From the IMG/VR virus record IMGVR_UViG_3300028585_000514: 64,000 nucleotides of DNA. The stretch is one strand, 5' to 3'. The notes under the pieces were generated by a model. The model made no database searches. It saw nothing but the letters and a program-made list of their open reading frames with translations, and was not told the origin of the DNA. Source of the stretch: a virus (taxonomy: Duplodnaviria > Heunggongvirae > Uroviricota > Caudoviricetes). The position numbers and the translations under genes were made by a program. Position 1 is the first letter of the stretch, and every line of letters starts with the position of its first letter. Shown here piece after piece: positions 10,106 through 19,418 of this stretch.

Positions 10106-10684
10106 ATAGATATCGATATTGACTTGCGATCGGATACGCCGATCGCTAAGATTTTCTCTCACTGGCCTCTTGCAATGCAGGTCGTCAATAACCGAGCTAT
10201 GAAACACCCTTGCGGAATCTACCCGCAAGCGATCCCAACCGATCCGTTAACCGGCTTTGCAGCTATCCCTCACCGAGAAGCTGCAACGCTGGGTTACTTC
10301 AAGATCGACATGCTTCATAACTCTGTCTACAACCACTTCGAGTCCAAAGCTGAAATCGACGCTCTACTCGAACTCGACCCACCTTGGGAACTCCTCCGCT
10401 CCGCTTCAATCGTCAAGCAACTGTTTCAAATCTCTAAGCACTTCGACCTCATCAAACAACTCCAGCCAAAATCAGTCAGTGACCTTGCTGATGCGATTGC
10501 GTTGATCCGTCCCGGTAAACGCCACATGGTTGAGAAGTATTTGACCCATAAGGAACAAGTTCGAGCGCTGCTTTACGATTACACCGCTGAGGACTATTCG
10601 TTTAAGAAAGGCCACGCGATCGCCTACGCCCAAGTCATTGTTCTTCAGCTTCACCTAATTTCATTAGGCGTGGACATCGAATAA
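10106..10684 (+). CDS. DNA polymerase III alpha (DnaE) catalytic fragment, probable ATA start
   Basis: In-frame DIDID upstream of the annotated TTG, then KHPCG, GYFKID, ALIRPG, YSFKKGHAIAYA; AGGAGA RBS 7 nt before ATA at 10106. Confidence 0.82.
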   Translation: MDIDIDLRSDTPIAKIFSHWPLAMQVVNNRAMKHPCGIYPQAIPTDPLTGFAAIPHREAATLGYFKIDMLHNSVYNHFESKAEIDALLELDPPWELLRSASIVKQLFQISKHFDLIKQLQPKSVSDLADAIALIRPGKRHMVEKYLTHKEQVRALLYDYTAEDYSFKKGHAIAYAQVIVLQLHLISLGVDIE

Positions 10685-10708
10685 CACCATACCAAAAAAA
10701 AGAATAAT

Positions 10709-11731
10709 ATGGAACACGAAAGAAAAGATTTGCAGGGTCGCACGACTCTGTTCAAGACCATGTTCGGGTCCCGCCTCTACGGCACGAACACTCCGCAATC
10801 GGACATCGACTGGAAGGAAATCTTCCTTCCAAAGAAGAGCATGCTCCTCACTGGCCGTCAAGTGCGTAACGTCGTCATCACTACTGGTGGTGACAAGACT
10901 CGCAACACCAAAGACGATGTCGATCAAGAATTCATCCCAATCCAAATCTTCGCCAAAGACTTCATCGGCGGTCAAACCTATGCCGTCGAACTTGCCTTTG
11001 CTGTTCTAGCCGAGGAGCACTCAGCAGGCCAGGAAGTGTATGACCTACAGTTCTTGGATTTCGTTCACGAGTTGTCTGAGAAGTTCCTGACTTCGAACAT
11101 CAAAGCGATGATCGGCTATGCAATGAACCAAGCACAAATCTACGGCATCAAAGGTACGCGTCTGGCCTCCGTCCGTAAGTTCACTGATAAGCTTCGCGAA
11201 GAAGTCGCTATGGGCCACTATCGCCTTGACGACAAACTCGACGTGATCGATCCGTGGTTGATCGGCAACGAAGACAAGTACTTGTTCAAGACTACGTACG
11301 AGAACATGGACAAGAAGCATCCTGGCGTTAGTGTGCTAGAGAAGGTGTACCCATATTCGATCACGATCGAAGAAGCGATCCAACGCACTGAAGTCCTCAT
11401 GAGCAAGTATGGTTCACGCGCTGCTGAAGCTGAGGCTGCAAATGGCATGGATTGGAAGGCAACGAGTCACGCCATCCGCATCACTCAACAAGCAATCAAA
11501 CTGCTACGTGAGCATCGTCTTCAGTTCCCATTCCCTAAAGAGAATGTCGAACAACTGCTATCCATCAAGCGAGGCGAACGCAGTGTTGATGAAGTGAAAA
11601 CGTTGCTTGAGTCGTTGATGGACGAACTTGATCAAGTCAAAGACACTACAACCCTACCTTCGCGTGATGTGAAGATGGAGCAAGAGTTCGATGAATGGCT
11701 CGAAGAATGGATGCAACGCTTCTACGCGTAA
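10709..11731 (+). CDS. nucleotidyltransferase, T4 NrdC.11-like
   Basis: FGSRLYGTNTPQSDIDWKEIFLP and DWKATSHAIR motifs. Confidence 0.85.
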   Translation: MEHERKDLQGRTTLFKTMFGSRLYGTNTPQSDIDWKEIFLPKKSMLLTGRQVRNVVITTGGDKTRNTKDDVDQEFIPIQIFAKDFIGGQTYAVELAFAVLAEEHSAGQEVYDLQFLDFVHELSEKFLTSNIKAMIGYAMNQAQIYGIKGTRLASVRKFTDKLREEVAMGHYRLDDKLDVIDPWLIGNEDKYLFKTTYENMDKKHPGVSVLEKVYPYSITIEEAIQRTEVLMSKYGSRAAEAEAANGMDWKATSHAIRITQQAIKLLREHRLQFPFPKENVEQLLSIKRGERSVDEVKTLLESLMDELDQVKDTTTLPSRDVKMEQEFDEWLEEWMQRFYA

Positions 11732-11828
11732 TCTGTATCTTTTAAGTCACAGCAAAATAGTTGTTTACACATGAAACCTTCTTGAGTTATAGTTGCAACA
11801 TCAGCTAAAACTTAATGGAGGTTTCAAA

Positions 11829-13043
11829 ATGTGGATGTCCCGTACCCGTCGTACCGCTGCCTTCATGGTGGCAGCAATTCTCCTCTCCGCATGTGGCGGT
11901 GGCGGTGGTGATTCCAATCCGGCTCCGGTTTCGAATGCGCCGCCTATTGCGGTTGTGCCGGAACCAGTGAAGAAGGACCCGATTCCAGTCCTGAAATCCT
12001 CCTTCGAAAACAAAGCAGTTGCCGGCAAAGCACTCGGTTCGGTGAACATGCCAGCTGAAGTGAACCTGTCGAATACGGTAGCGTTTGCCGACTTCTTCCA
12101 GGACGGTACGTACTCGATGGTCACGCATTCGCTGATCTACAATCGCGACGACCCTAAGACCGCTGGCATGATCGGCGCCGTCCGTTTCTACAAGAACGTC
12201 AATGGCGCCTGGGTCGACAATACATCGAAGCTCCTTTCCGATACTGCCGGATGCATCCATCCGCGTAAAGCGGTGGTGGCAGATTTCAATGGCGACAGCA
12301 AGCCTGATGTGTTCATCGCATGCCATGGCTTCGATGCGCCACCATACGTCGGCGAGAAGCAGCATATGCTCCTGAGCCAGAGCGATGGTACCTACAAAAA
12401 CACGACTGTTCCGTTTACATGCTACTGCCACGGCGCTTCCGCTGCCGACGTGAACGGAGACAACTTCGCTGACATCCTCGTCACCGACAATCAAGCCAAT
12501 GAAACGGTACCATTCTTCTTGATGAACGACAAGAATGGCGGGTTCGTCAAGGACTTCAGTCGTCTGCCATTCCAGCCAAAGGTGTGGAGCAGCCCGAACA
12601 TCACCTACACAATGAATGTTTCGTTCACTGCTGAACTGATTGACTTCGACAGCAAAGGCCACTACGATGCATTCCTTGCCGGCACCGAAGCTCCTGATGA
12701 CGAGGCAGGCATCCCGCCAACCATCTTTAAGAATGATGGCAAAGGTGATTTCAAGAACAAAGAGACAATCATCACGTTCGGCACCAACGCAAAATACTCG
12801 ACGACACTCGACATCGCTTATGCCTGGCCATATGTCTATCTGAACCGTGTCGAAACTAAAGGCGGCTTGTATGGCTTCAGCGCCATCGAGAAGATCGACC
12901 TTCGTGATCATAAAGTGGCCAATACGATCTATACCAACTCGAACAACTTCGCGAACGGTTCGACCTGGCTGAACTGGATCATGTTGTACCAGGACAAGGT
13001 CGTTAGTCAGAACGCAGTGTTCAACGTGTCGGTCAAACAATAG
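11829..13043 (+). CDS. FG-GAP/VCBS-repeat lipoprotein
   Basis: Lipobox LLSAC followed by GGGGG; ADFNGDSKPDV, ADVNGDNFADI repeats; GGAGG RBS; own promoter at ~11764-11793. Confidence 0.85.
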   Translation: MWMSRTRRTAAFMVAAILLSACGGGGGDSNPAPVSNAPPIAVVPEPVKKDPIPVLKSSFENKAVAGKALGSVNMPAEVNLSNTVAFADFFQDGTYSMVTHSLIYNRDDPKTAGMIGAVRFYKNVNGAWVDNTSKLLSDTAGCIHPRKAVVADFNGDSKPDVFIACHGFDAPPYVGEKQHMLLSQSDGTYKNTTVPFTCYCHGASAADVNGDNFADILVTDNQANETVPFFLMNDKNGGFVKDFSRLPFQPKVWSSPNITYTMNVSFTAELIDFDSKGHYDAFLAGTEAPDDEAGIPPTIFKNDGKGDFKNKETIITFGTNAKYSTTLDIAYAWPYVYLNRVETKGGLYGFSAIEKIDLRDHKVANTIYTNSNNFANGSTWLNWIMLYQDKVVSQNAVFNVSVKQ

Positions 13044-13059
13044 ACGATCACACCAAAGC

Positions 13060-13087
13060 AAAAAGGGAGCCATTGGCTCCCTTTTTT
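13060..13087. terminator. bidirectional intrinsic terminator
   Basis: AAAAAGGGAGCC-ATT-GGCTCCCTTTTTT between convergent genes. Confidence 0.85.
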
Positions 13088-13148
13088 GTCGTCTGCAACT
13101 CCTATTGGGCATTTCAATTTGATGTCCCTGGCGGCGTCCTGATCATTC

Positions 13149-13244
13149 TCAATAGATAAATGGATCGGACTTACCGTTGCGCTTCTTCTTGAGTAGACTC
13201 TTCTTCTTCCACGACAGAAGTAAATCTTTAAAGAACTTCAACAT
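13149..13244 (-). CDS. 31-aa basic peptide MLKFFKDLLLSWKKKSLLKKKRNGKSDPFIY (not in ORF track)
   Basis: AAGGA RBS, ATG overlapping the end of the SGNH gene, TGA before the terminator. Confidence 0.6.
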   Translation of the reverse strand: MLKFFKDLLLSWKKKSLLKKKRNGKSDPFIY

Positions 13245-14082
13245 TTAGTTTTTCCTTTACGAAATTATGGAGTGTCTTACCCCATGAATAGTGTGCATCT
13301 TCTAGCGGATGAAGGCCTGTTCCTTGTTTAAAACCATGATCGATCGAATGTGAGTAGAATGAAATACGGGAGAAGAAATCGATAAACGTTTTATAATCCT
13401 CTACCCTACCTTGATACCATTCATTAAAGAACCAACGATCGTTCATCACCATCTCATATAAGTCTTTGAGTTGATCGTTATCCTGAATTTTCTTAATATC
13501 CGATTCTTCAAAAGAATGTTCTAGGTGATTCGACAATCCATAGCTGAAGACATAGTCCACTCCAACCGATTCGAGATAATTCTTCAGGTGAAGAATGCCC
13601 ATCAAATGCGAAGTCATGCAATGAAGCAAATCAGTACTCGCCCATTCAGCATGAAGCTTAGCCAAACGAACAAATCCTGATGGTAGCGTAGTATGCTTGA
13701 TGTGGCCTGGTATAAACTGCGCATATCGATCGTACATCATATATTCAAATCGATCGACGGTAGTCCATCCAACCACAACCAGAATTTCCTCTGGCTTGTG
13801 CGTCTTAAGCAAATTATTTACACCAAGAATCGTTGTTCTGACGATTCTCGAATTACTACCACCGCCTTCGGCGTCATTCACAATATTAGGTATTCCCAAT
13901 AATTCCTTAGCGATAAAGGAATAATTGTGAGTCATCATATGCTCAATATGCTCAGGTGAAGGCACATTGAATGTACGAGAGATGTTTGGTGAAAACTTAC
14001 TCTCGTCATAGTTGAATTTCTTATTGCCAAGTTCCGACCCTTCAGTCATAGAACAGCCATTGGCGTATAACACCGAATACAT
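13228..14082 (-). CDS. SGNH/GDSL-like hydrolase
   Basis: NGCSMT block I, GGSN block II, C-terminal HP. Confidence 0.7.
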   Translation of the reverse strand: MYSVLYANGCSMTEGSELGNKKFNYDESKFSPNISRTFNVPSPEHIEHMMTHNYSFIAKELLGIPNIVNDAEGGGSNSRIVRTTILGVNNLLKTHKPEEILVVVGWTTVDRFEYMMYDRYAQFIPGHIKHTTLPSGFVRLAKLHAEWASTDLLHCMTSHLMGILHLKNYLESVGVDYVFSYGLSNHLEHSFEESDIKKIQDNDQLKDLYEMVMNDRWFFNEWYQGRVEDYKTFIDFFSRISFYSHSIDHGFKQGTGLHPLEDAHYSWGKTLHNFVKEKLNVEVL

Positions 14083-14083
14083 T

Positions 14084-15364
14084 TTAAATCTCCAAATAAT
14101 TTAGAAGCCCTGCCATATTTTCACCGCGAATAGTGTCTAACTTAGCGGTAACCTTTTTGAACTCTTCAAAGTTCGCGCTATCGTCTTTTTCGTACATATA
14201 TGTTATGAGATTCTCAAAACCATCACCAATGATACCGTGATTAACATCTAGCCATTCGATATGTTTTCTAATCTTCTCTGCTGCCTTATCCTTGATGTGC
14301 ATTGGCAAAGCTTGGATATTGTAGTGGTCAGGATAAATCAACGGATTGATCATAAACACATCCGAATAATAATTTTCAGGATCAGTCTTCAATCCATCTT
14401 TGATGATGTACTTCCTGTTAAGAAGAAGTTCATGCAAATCAGTGATATGGAAAATGTTCAATATGCTAACCGTAGGATGGATGCGATACTTGATGTGTGC
14501 CATGCGTGGATCATTAGTCAGAAGCTCGAAGTTCTTTTCGACGTCAGCCCAATTGCCACCTGAGCGAATCAAGTCAAAGTATTCACCGAAGCCATCAACG
14601 CTGATTGATAGAGTGATGTCGCTGAAGTTCTTCCATAGCTCAGGTACCTCAATTCCCTTATACTTCATCACTGTGAAGTTTGTGGAATAAAGAATTTCTA
14701 AATCGGTATTGCCTTCCTCTAGGAAGCGGTTGATCATACGGTAGTGTTCATCCATCAACAGTGGTTCGCCGCCAGCAAAGTGAATGCTTTCGACGTGCGG
14801 GTACAACGGATCGATCATGTCCCAGAATTGATCCTTGTCCTCTACGATTTTGAGGAAGCGACCTTTACCATATTGCGCCTTATCGATATTATGGACAGCT
14901 AAGAAATCATCGTACCATGGAGTGGAGAAATCAGGACCACATGTTCTGCATTTGAGATTGCAGATATTAGAGAATCTGAAGTCCCAATGGACGATATTAA
15001 GCTCTGGAACAGAACCATCTACTTCTGTTGATTGAACCACATCGTAGTATTTCTCGGCATACTTTGCATTGAGGCCATCACGTAACGTAGAGAACTTGTT
15101 TGTGCCTTTTGAATAGCAGCGATTGCAGACATCTGGTGTAGGGACATCGTTCAGCATGTTGCGTCGAAGTTCGCGCATCTTTTCGCTGTTCCAAACTTGG
15201 ATGATTGATTCTTTTTTGAGGTTGCCTACGTTGGCCTCAAAAGGGGACAAGCAGCATGGAATAACATCGCCGGTAGGTAGACCATGAAGGTGTGTCCACG
15301 GGCTCATACAAAACACTTTAGAATGCTGTGTATAAAATTCCTTAGTGTTCATTTCCATTTTCAT
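14084..15364 (-). CDS. radical SAM enzyme with N-terminal SPASM/twitch-like domain
   Basis: CNLKCRTC, FAGGEP, N-terminal CMSPW..PCC..CNRC; ATG 15364 follows ATAAATA and AAGGA RBS. Confidence 0.9.
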   Translation of the reverse strand: MKMEMNTKEFYTQHSKVFCMSPWTHLHGLPTGDVIPCCLSPFEANVGNLKKESIIQVWNSEKMRELRRNMLNDVPTPDVCNRCYSKGTNKFSTLRDGLNAKYAEKYYDVVQSTEVDGSVPELNIVHWDFRFSNICNLKCRTCGPDFSTPWYDDFLAVHNIDKAQYGKGRFLKIVEDKDQFWDMIDPLYPHVESIHFAGGEPLLMDEHYRMINRFLEEGNTDLEILYSTNFTVMKYKGIEVPELWKNFSDITLSISVDGFGEYFDLIRSGGNWADVEKNFELLTNDPRMAHIKYRIHPTVSILNIFHITDLHELLLNRKYIIKDGLKTDPENYYSDVFMINPLIYPDHYNIQALPMHIKDKAAEKIRKHIEWLDVNHGIIGDGFENLITYMYEKDDSANFEEFKKVTAKLDTIRGENMAGLLNYLEI

Positions 15365-15409
15365 ATTAGTGTCCTTTATAAAGTCATATTTATCTTTTGC
15401 CAAAAAACA

Positions 15410-15434
15410 AAAAAGGAGACCGAAGTCTCCTTTT
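15410..15434 (-). terminator. intrinsic terminator with cUUCGg loop
   Basis: GGAGAC-TTCG-GTCTCC-TTTTT on minus strand; identical stem-loop at 24551-24577. Confidence 0.85.
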
Positions 15435-15436
15435 CA

Positions 15437-16984
15437 TTAAGCGCCTACCTTTGGTTCTACAAAGTCCTGTGAACCCGGATTCGCAGCAGAAGGTTCAAGA
15501 ATCCATCCTTCTTTGTTTGCTCTTTCAACAAGCTCATCAACATGCTTCCAACCTTTAGTTGAATCACCACTCACCAATTTGATTGGAATCATAGTGGTCT
15601 TAGGCAACGATTTAAACCAGTCAGCTAGCATCGGGAATGTCTCGCAGAAGTTCTTGCTACGACGTTGATCGTACTGGTCGAAGAAGCTACGGAAGTCTCG
15701 TTGACGTGACTCCATGCTCGACGTATAGCTATGGCCTTCTTCCACTTCACGAAGATATGCGATCAAACGTTCGATGCCATCGTGTTCCATCTGGTGCAGC
15801 AAGCCACGACCATTGTTGGTCACTGGTTCGTTATCCCAATGTGCCGCTAGCCATTTCTCAAGATGATCAGCACGCTCAGCACGAATATCAACCGGCAGAG
15901 CCAATGCACTTTGGAAGCTAGGGAAGCGCAGAATGTTGAAGCTCATCATACATTGATGCCGTCCATATTGCTTCTTGATATTCAGCATCTCATCCATGAA
16001 CTCGGTGATGGAGAACAAGCACAAGCTGTTGATGGTCATCATCATGTGAACCATCTTGACATTGCCCTTCTCGATCATCATCTTCACGTTGTTGATCCAT
16101 GTATCCCAGATCAGCCCGTCGCGAATGTATTCAGCGTGTGCACCAAACGATTCGTTCGACGTATAGAGGTGGAAGTCTTTGAAACTATGTGACACATCAC
16201 ATAGACGTTCGATCAATGATTGCTTAGCACCAAGGTTCGAGTTCACTGCCAACTGCACGTTACACTCTGGATGCTGTTTCCACCAGTCCATGAGCTTCCA
16301 AAAGTCTGGACTCATAGTTGCTTCGCCGCCAGTAATGCGCAGCTCTTTCAGCGAGTGTTGAAGGTCATTCTCCCACCATTGCATGAATGCAGCAACGTAT
16401 GGATTACCTTCATTCTTCAGGCCGTATGGCTGTGCCCATGAGCCGTCTTGTTGGAAAGCACCAGCGCCATCACTGACGAGATTTTGGTATGGGCCATCGA
16501 CTCGAATGTCCTTCATCCACGTGGTCGAGAACGATGGGTTGCAGTATGAGCAAGCGAAGTTACACGTTGCGTCAAATGCAATCTCCAGGGTCTTGAGGTC
16601 GACGTCACCTGTTTCCTTGTGAACGGTTGCAGCATCGATCAGTTCCTGATCGGAGTAGATGATCGACTTGTAGGTGCGGTCGCTGACTTTGTCTTTGCCA
16701 AGGTCTTCGATCTTCCAGCAGTATTCGCATTCAGCCGGGCGTTCACCATCCAGCATCTGCTTACGAACCATCTTCTTGTACTTGGTATTGTGCAGAGCCT
16801 TGTAGCTTTGCTCAAGTTCTTCGAGCGGAATCTTGTGTGCTGGAGGGTGGTGGCACGATGCAGTGGTACCACTACCGAGCCAAACGGTAGCGTTGTACCA
16901 TTTAGCTCCGCAGAAGCTCGGGCTGATCGAATCGATCATGCGGTCCCGATACTCCTGATAAGTTTCGCCTTGAAGTTTTGGCAT
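15437..16984 (-). CDS. radical SAM enzyme with twitch-like domain
   Basis: CNFACSYC, ITGGE, N-terminal CGAKW..SCHH..CEYCW. Confidence 0.9.
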   Translation of the reverse strand: MPKLQGETYQEYRDRMIDSISPSFCGAKWYNATVWLGSGTTASCHHPPAHKIPLEELEQSYKALHNTKYKKMVRKQMLDGERPAECEYCWKIEDLGKDKVSDRTYKSIIYSDQELIDAATVHKETGDVDLKTLEIAFDATCNFACSYCNPSFSTTWMKDIRVDGPYQNLVSDGAGAFQQDGSWAQPYGLKNEGNPYVAAFMQWWENDLQHSLKELRITGGEATMSPDFWKLMDWWKQHPECNVQLAVNSNLGAKQSLIERLCDVSHSFKDFHLYTSNESFGAHAEYIRDGLIWDTWINNVKMMIEKGNVKMVHMMMTINSLCLFSITEFMDEMLNIKKQYGRHQCMMSFNILRFPSFQSALALPVDIRAERADHLEKWLAAHWDNEPVTNNGRGLLHQMEHDGIERLIAYLREVEEGHSYTSSMESRQRDFRSFFDQYDQRRSKNFCETFPMLADWFKSLPKTTMIPIKLVSGDSTKGWKHVDELVERANKEGWILEPSAANPGSQDFVEPKVGA

Positions 16985-17013
16985 GTTATTCCTTATGTGT
17001 TATGAGAACTTAT

Positions 17014-18429
17014 TTATTGGCCGATTCCGTCATAGGCATTGCGGCAATCTTCATAGAACGGAACCAGCTCGGGGAATGTTTCGTAGAAGTTCGTATCACG
17101 ACGTTCGTCGTACTGTTCGTGGTAGATGAAGAAGTTCTTCATGTTCACGATACGTGCTTCCTCTTCACCATTCATGAAGTCAATCAAGCGTTCCACTTGG
17201 TCAATCTCTTCTAGGTAGAAGCGGCCAGCTTTAGTTGGATCGGCTTGACGAGTGCGAGCCATCACAGTATCACGCCAGATTGGACCATACTTCTCTTTGA
17301 TGTCCTTTGGTAGATTGCGGATGTTCAGGTAATGCGGCCAGCGAACATAAGCGATCATCATCGGGATACGATTCTCTGCATCAGTCTCATTGAACTCGGT
17401 GCGGAGGGTGTACACGAACTTGAGGAACTCATCGAACGTGGTCACGCTTAGAAGGTTGGTTGCAACCATAAAGTGCAAACGCGTCTCGGTGTTCTTGAGG
17501 AAGTATCGGCAGTTTTCAGCGAACTCGTCGTAGGTCATGCCATAACGAATGTACTCTGCTTGCGCACCGGTCGCTTCGAGGCTGGTGTACACTTCGAACG
17601 ACTTAACTTTGCCTTTCAGCAGATTGCTGTACTCAACGAGTTTGTCAATCAATTTTCGTGGCACGTTCATATTCGTGTTCACTGCCAACTCCAAGTCTGG
17701 ACGCGGGTTAGCAATCAGCTCATCAAACACTCGCCACGTGTGCTTCGATAATAGTGGCTCACCACCAGTGATGCGGAACACCTTGAGTGTTTGAACAAGC
17801 TCTGGCCACCATTTCCAGAATGCTTCAACATATGGATTGTAATCATCACGTTTGATTGGAAAACGCCCAATCGACTTTAGCCAGCCATGATCATGAGCAG
17901 TGCCTTGCGCAAGTTGGTATGGGCCATGACGTTCAATCTCTTCCGTCCATTTCGACGATACGTCCGAGGTGCAGTATGTGCACTTGAAGTTGCAGGTATT
18001 TTCGAATGCAACCTCGAGGTAGGTCGGGTTGATGTCGTTACCAAGCCCGGACGCCTTCACGACGTCCAGGGACTCCATAGCCCATGGGCTAGTGGATTTA
18101 TATGTCCGATCGCTTAGGTGATCCCCAGGGCCGTTCTCAATGTTCCAGCAGTATGTACATTCGGGTGTTTGGATGCCTTTCAGCATGTCCTCACGTGCAA
18201 CGAATTTGATCGGGGTATTGTGAAGCGCCTTAGGATTCGCTTCAACTGCTTTCGGATCGACTTTATGGGACGATGGGTGGTGGCAGCTATGGGTGTACCC
18301 ATTCCAAAGGTAGATGGTCGATTGCAACCATTTTGCGGTACAGAACGTTGGTGAAATCTTATTGATTACTTCATCACGAAGGCGATAGTTCTCCTCCATG
18401 ATGATTTGATTGCGACTTTTTTCTGTCAT
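17014..18429 (-). CDS. radical SAM enzyme, paralogue of 15437-16984
   Basis: CNFKCTYC, ITGGEP, CTAKW..SCHH..CTYCW. Confidence 0.9.
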   Translation of the reverse strand: MTEKSRNQIIMEENYRLRDEVINKISPTFCTAKWLQSTIYLWNGYTHSCHHPSSHKVDPKAVEANPKALHNTPIKFVAREDMLKGIQTPECTYCWNIENGPGDHLSDRTYKSTSPWAMESLDVVKASGLGNDINPTYLEVAFENTCNFKCTYCTSDVSSKWTEEIERHGPYQLAQGTAHDHGWLKSIGRFPIKRDDYNPYVEAFWKWWPELVQTLKVFRITGGEPLLSKHTWRVFDELIANPRPDLELAVNTNMNVPRKLIDKLVEYSNLLKGKVKSFEVYTSLEATGAQAEYIRYGMTYDEFAENCRYFLKNTETRLHFMVATNLLSVTTFDEFLKFVYTLRTEFNETDAENRIPMMIAYVRWPHYLNIRNLPKDIKEKYGPIWRDTVMARTRQADPTKAGRFYLEEIDQVERLIDFMNGEEEARIVNMKNFFIYHEQYDERRDTNFYETFPELVPFYEDCRNAYDGIGQ

Positions 18430-19352
18430 TAGATGCTCACGAGAATTTCTTTTTCGAGACGTACGGAATATTCCTGATTTGGATGCTCATACACTTGTTT
18501 GAAGAACTTGCTTTGAGCTTCATCAAAGTATGCCAGATTGAGTCCCATGTGCTTGTTGATCGAATCGCCTAGTTCATAGACCTTGTCGATCATATCGCCT
18601 TCAGACTTAAACTGATCGAGGTAATCGTTACCGAACTTCTTAAACCAATCGTAGTCACTGATGTTTGCGAGGCTGAAGGAAGTATCGATGTTCGCCATGT
18701 AAATGCCCAGGCGCGTTCCTAGGATGGATTCGATACCGTTTTCGACATCGGCGCCGACGCACGCCCAAATCATCAGGCGACGGAGGTTTGCATCATGGAT
18801 AATGTTCTTGACCTGGACCTTGTCAAGGCGATTGCCCTGGTCTAGGGTCATCTTCACGCCTTCACGGAAGCCAGCACGGAATGCTTGGAATGGCGAGCCG
18901 TTTGTGTATGTGGTCGAGAGGACGGAGTTCAATTGTAGGTACTGATTGTCCCAGCAAAAGTCAAGCTTCTCAGCTTCAGTCTCTGCTGCTTCATGAGTAC
19001 GCATGCCAAGCACAAAGTCTTTGGTCCAAAGCTTAACACCGCCATTGCCGTAGATCAGACCGTTCACTGCGTTTACTGCGTTCCAGCTCAACGATGCTTT
19101 GGCGTATTTTTCTGGGATGTCGATGACCATATCGAACACTCGAGGATCGACGATGTTGTCACCATCAATGGTGATGAAGCGATCAGTCTCGCTTTGATTG
19201 GCGCATGCTTTGTGAGCAGCGTCAAAGCCCTTAACGCCATGAACACGTTTGGCCCATGGCGCTTTCTCTAGAAGGTCTGCCCAATTCTCTTCACACTTCG
19301 GTTCGTCGTATGATAGGTAGAATAGGTCAAATTCACTCATCTGTTGCTGCAT
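18429..19352 (-). CDS. glycosyltransferase-like (GT-A fold) protein
   Basis: FITIDGDN DxD motif, YGNGGVKL. Confidence 0.6.
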   Translation of the reverse strand: MQQQMSEFDLFYLSYDEPKCEENWADLLEKAPWAKRVHGVKGFDAAHKACANQSETDRFITIDGDNIVDPRVFDMVIDIPEKYAKASLSWNAVNAVNGLIYGNGGVKLWTKDFVLGMRTHEAAETEAEKLDFCWDNQYLQLNSVLSTTYTNGSPFQAFRAGFREGVKMTLDQGNRLDKVQVKNIIHDANLRRLMIWACVGADVENGIESILGTRLGIYMANIDTSFSLANISDYDWFKKFGNDYLDQFKSEGDMIDKVYELGDSINKHMGLNLAYFDEAQSKFFKQVYEHPNQEYSVRLEKEILVSI

Positions 19353-19377
19353 ATTTGTTATCCTTTATTGTCTTGGA

Positions 19378-19407
19378 AAGCAACGCATGAACTATGCGTT
19401 GCTTTTT
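19378..19407. terminator. hairpin/terminator
   Basis: AAGCAACGCAT-GAACT-ATGCGTTGCTT inverted repeat with T run. Confidence 0.55.
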
Positions 19408-19418
19408 GTATGTTTTAT

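Noticed and set aside
11805-13112. 435-aa antisense ORF over the lipoprotein
   Set aside because: Shadow frame of a codon-biased gene; no motifs or RBS
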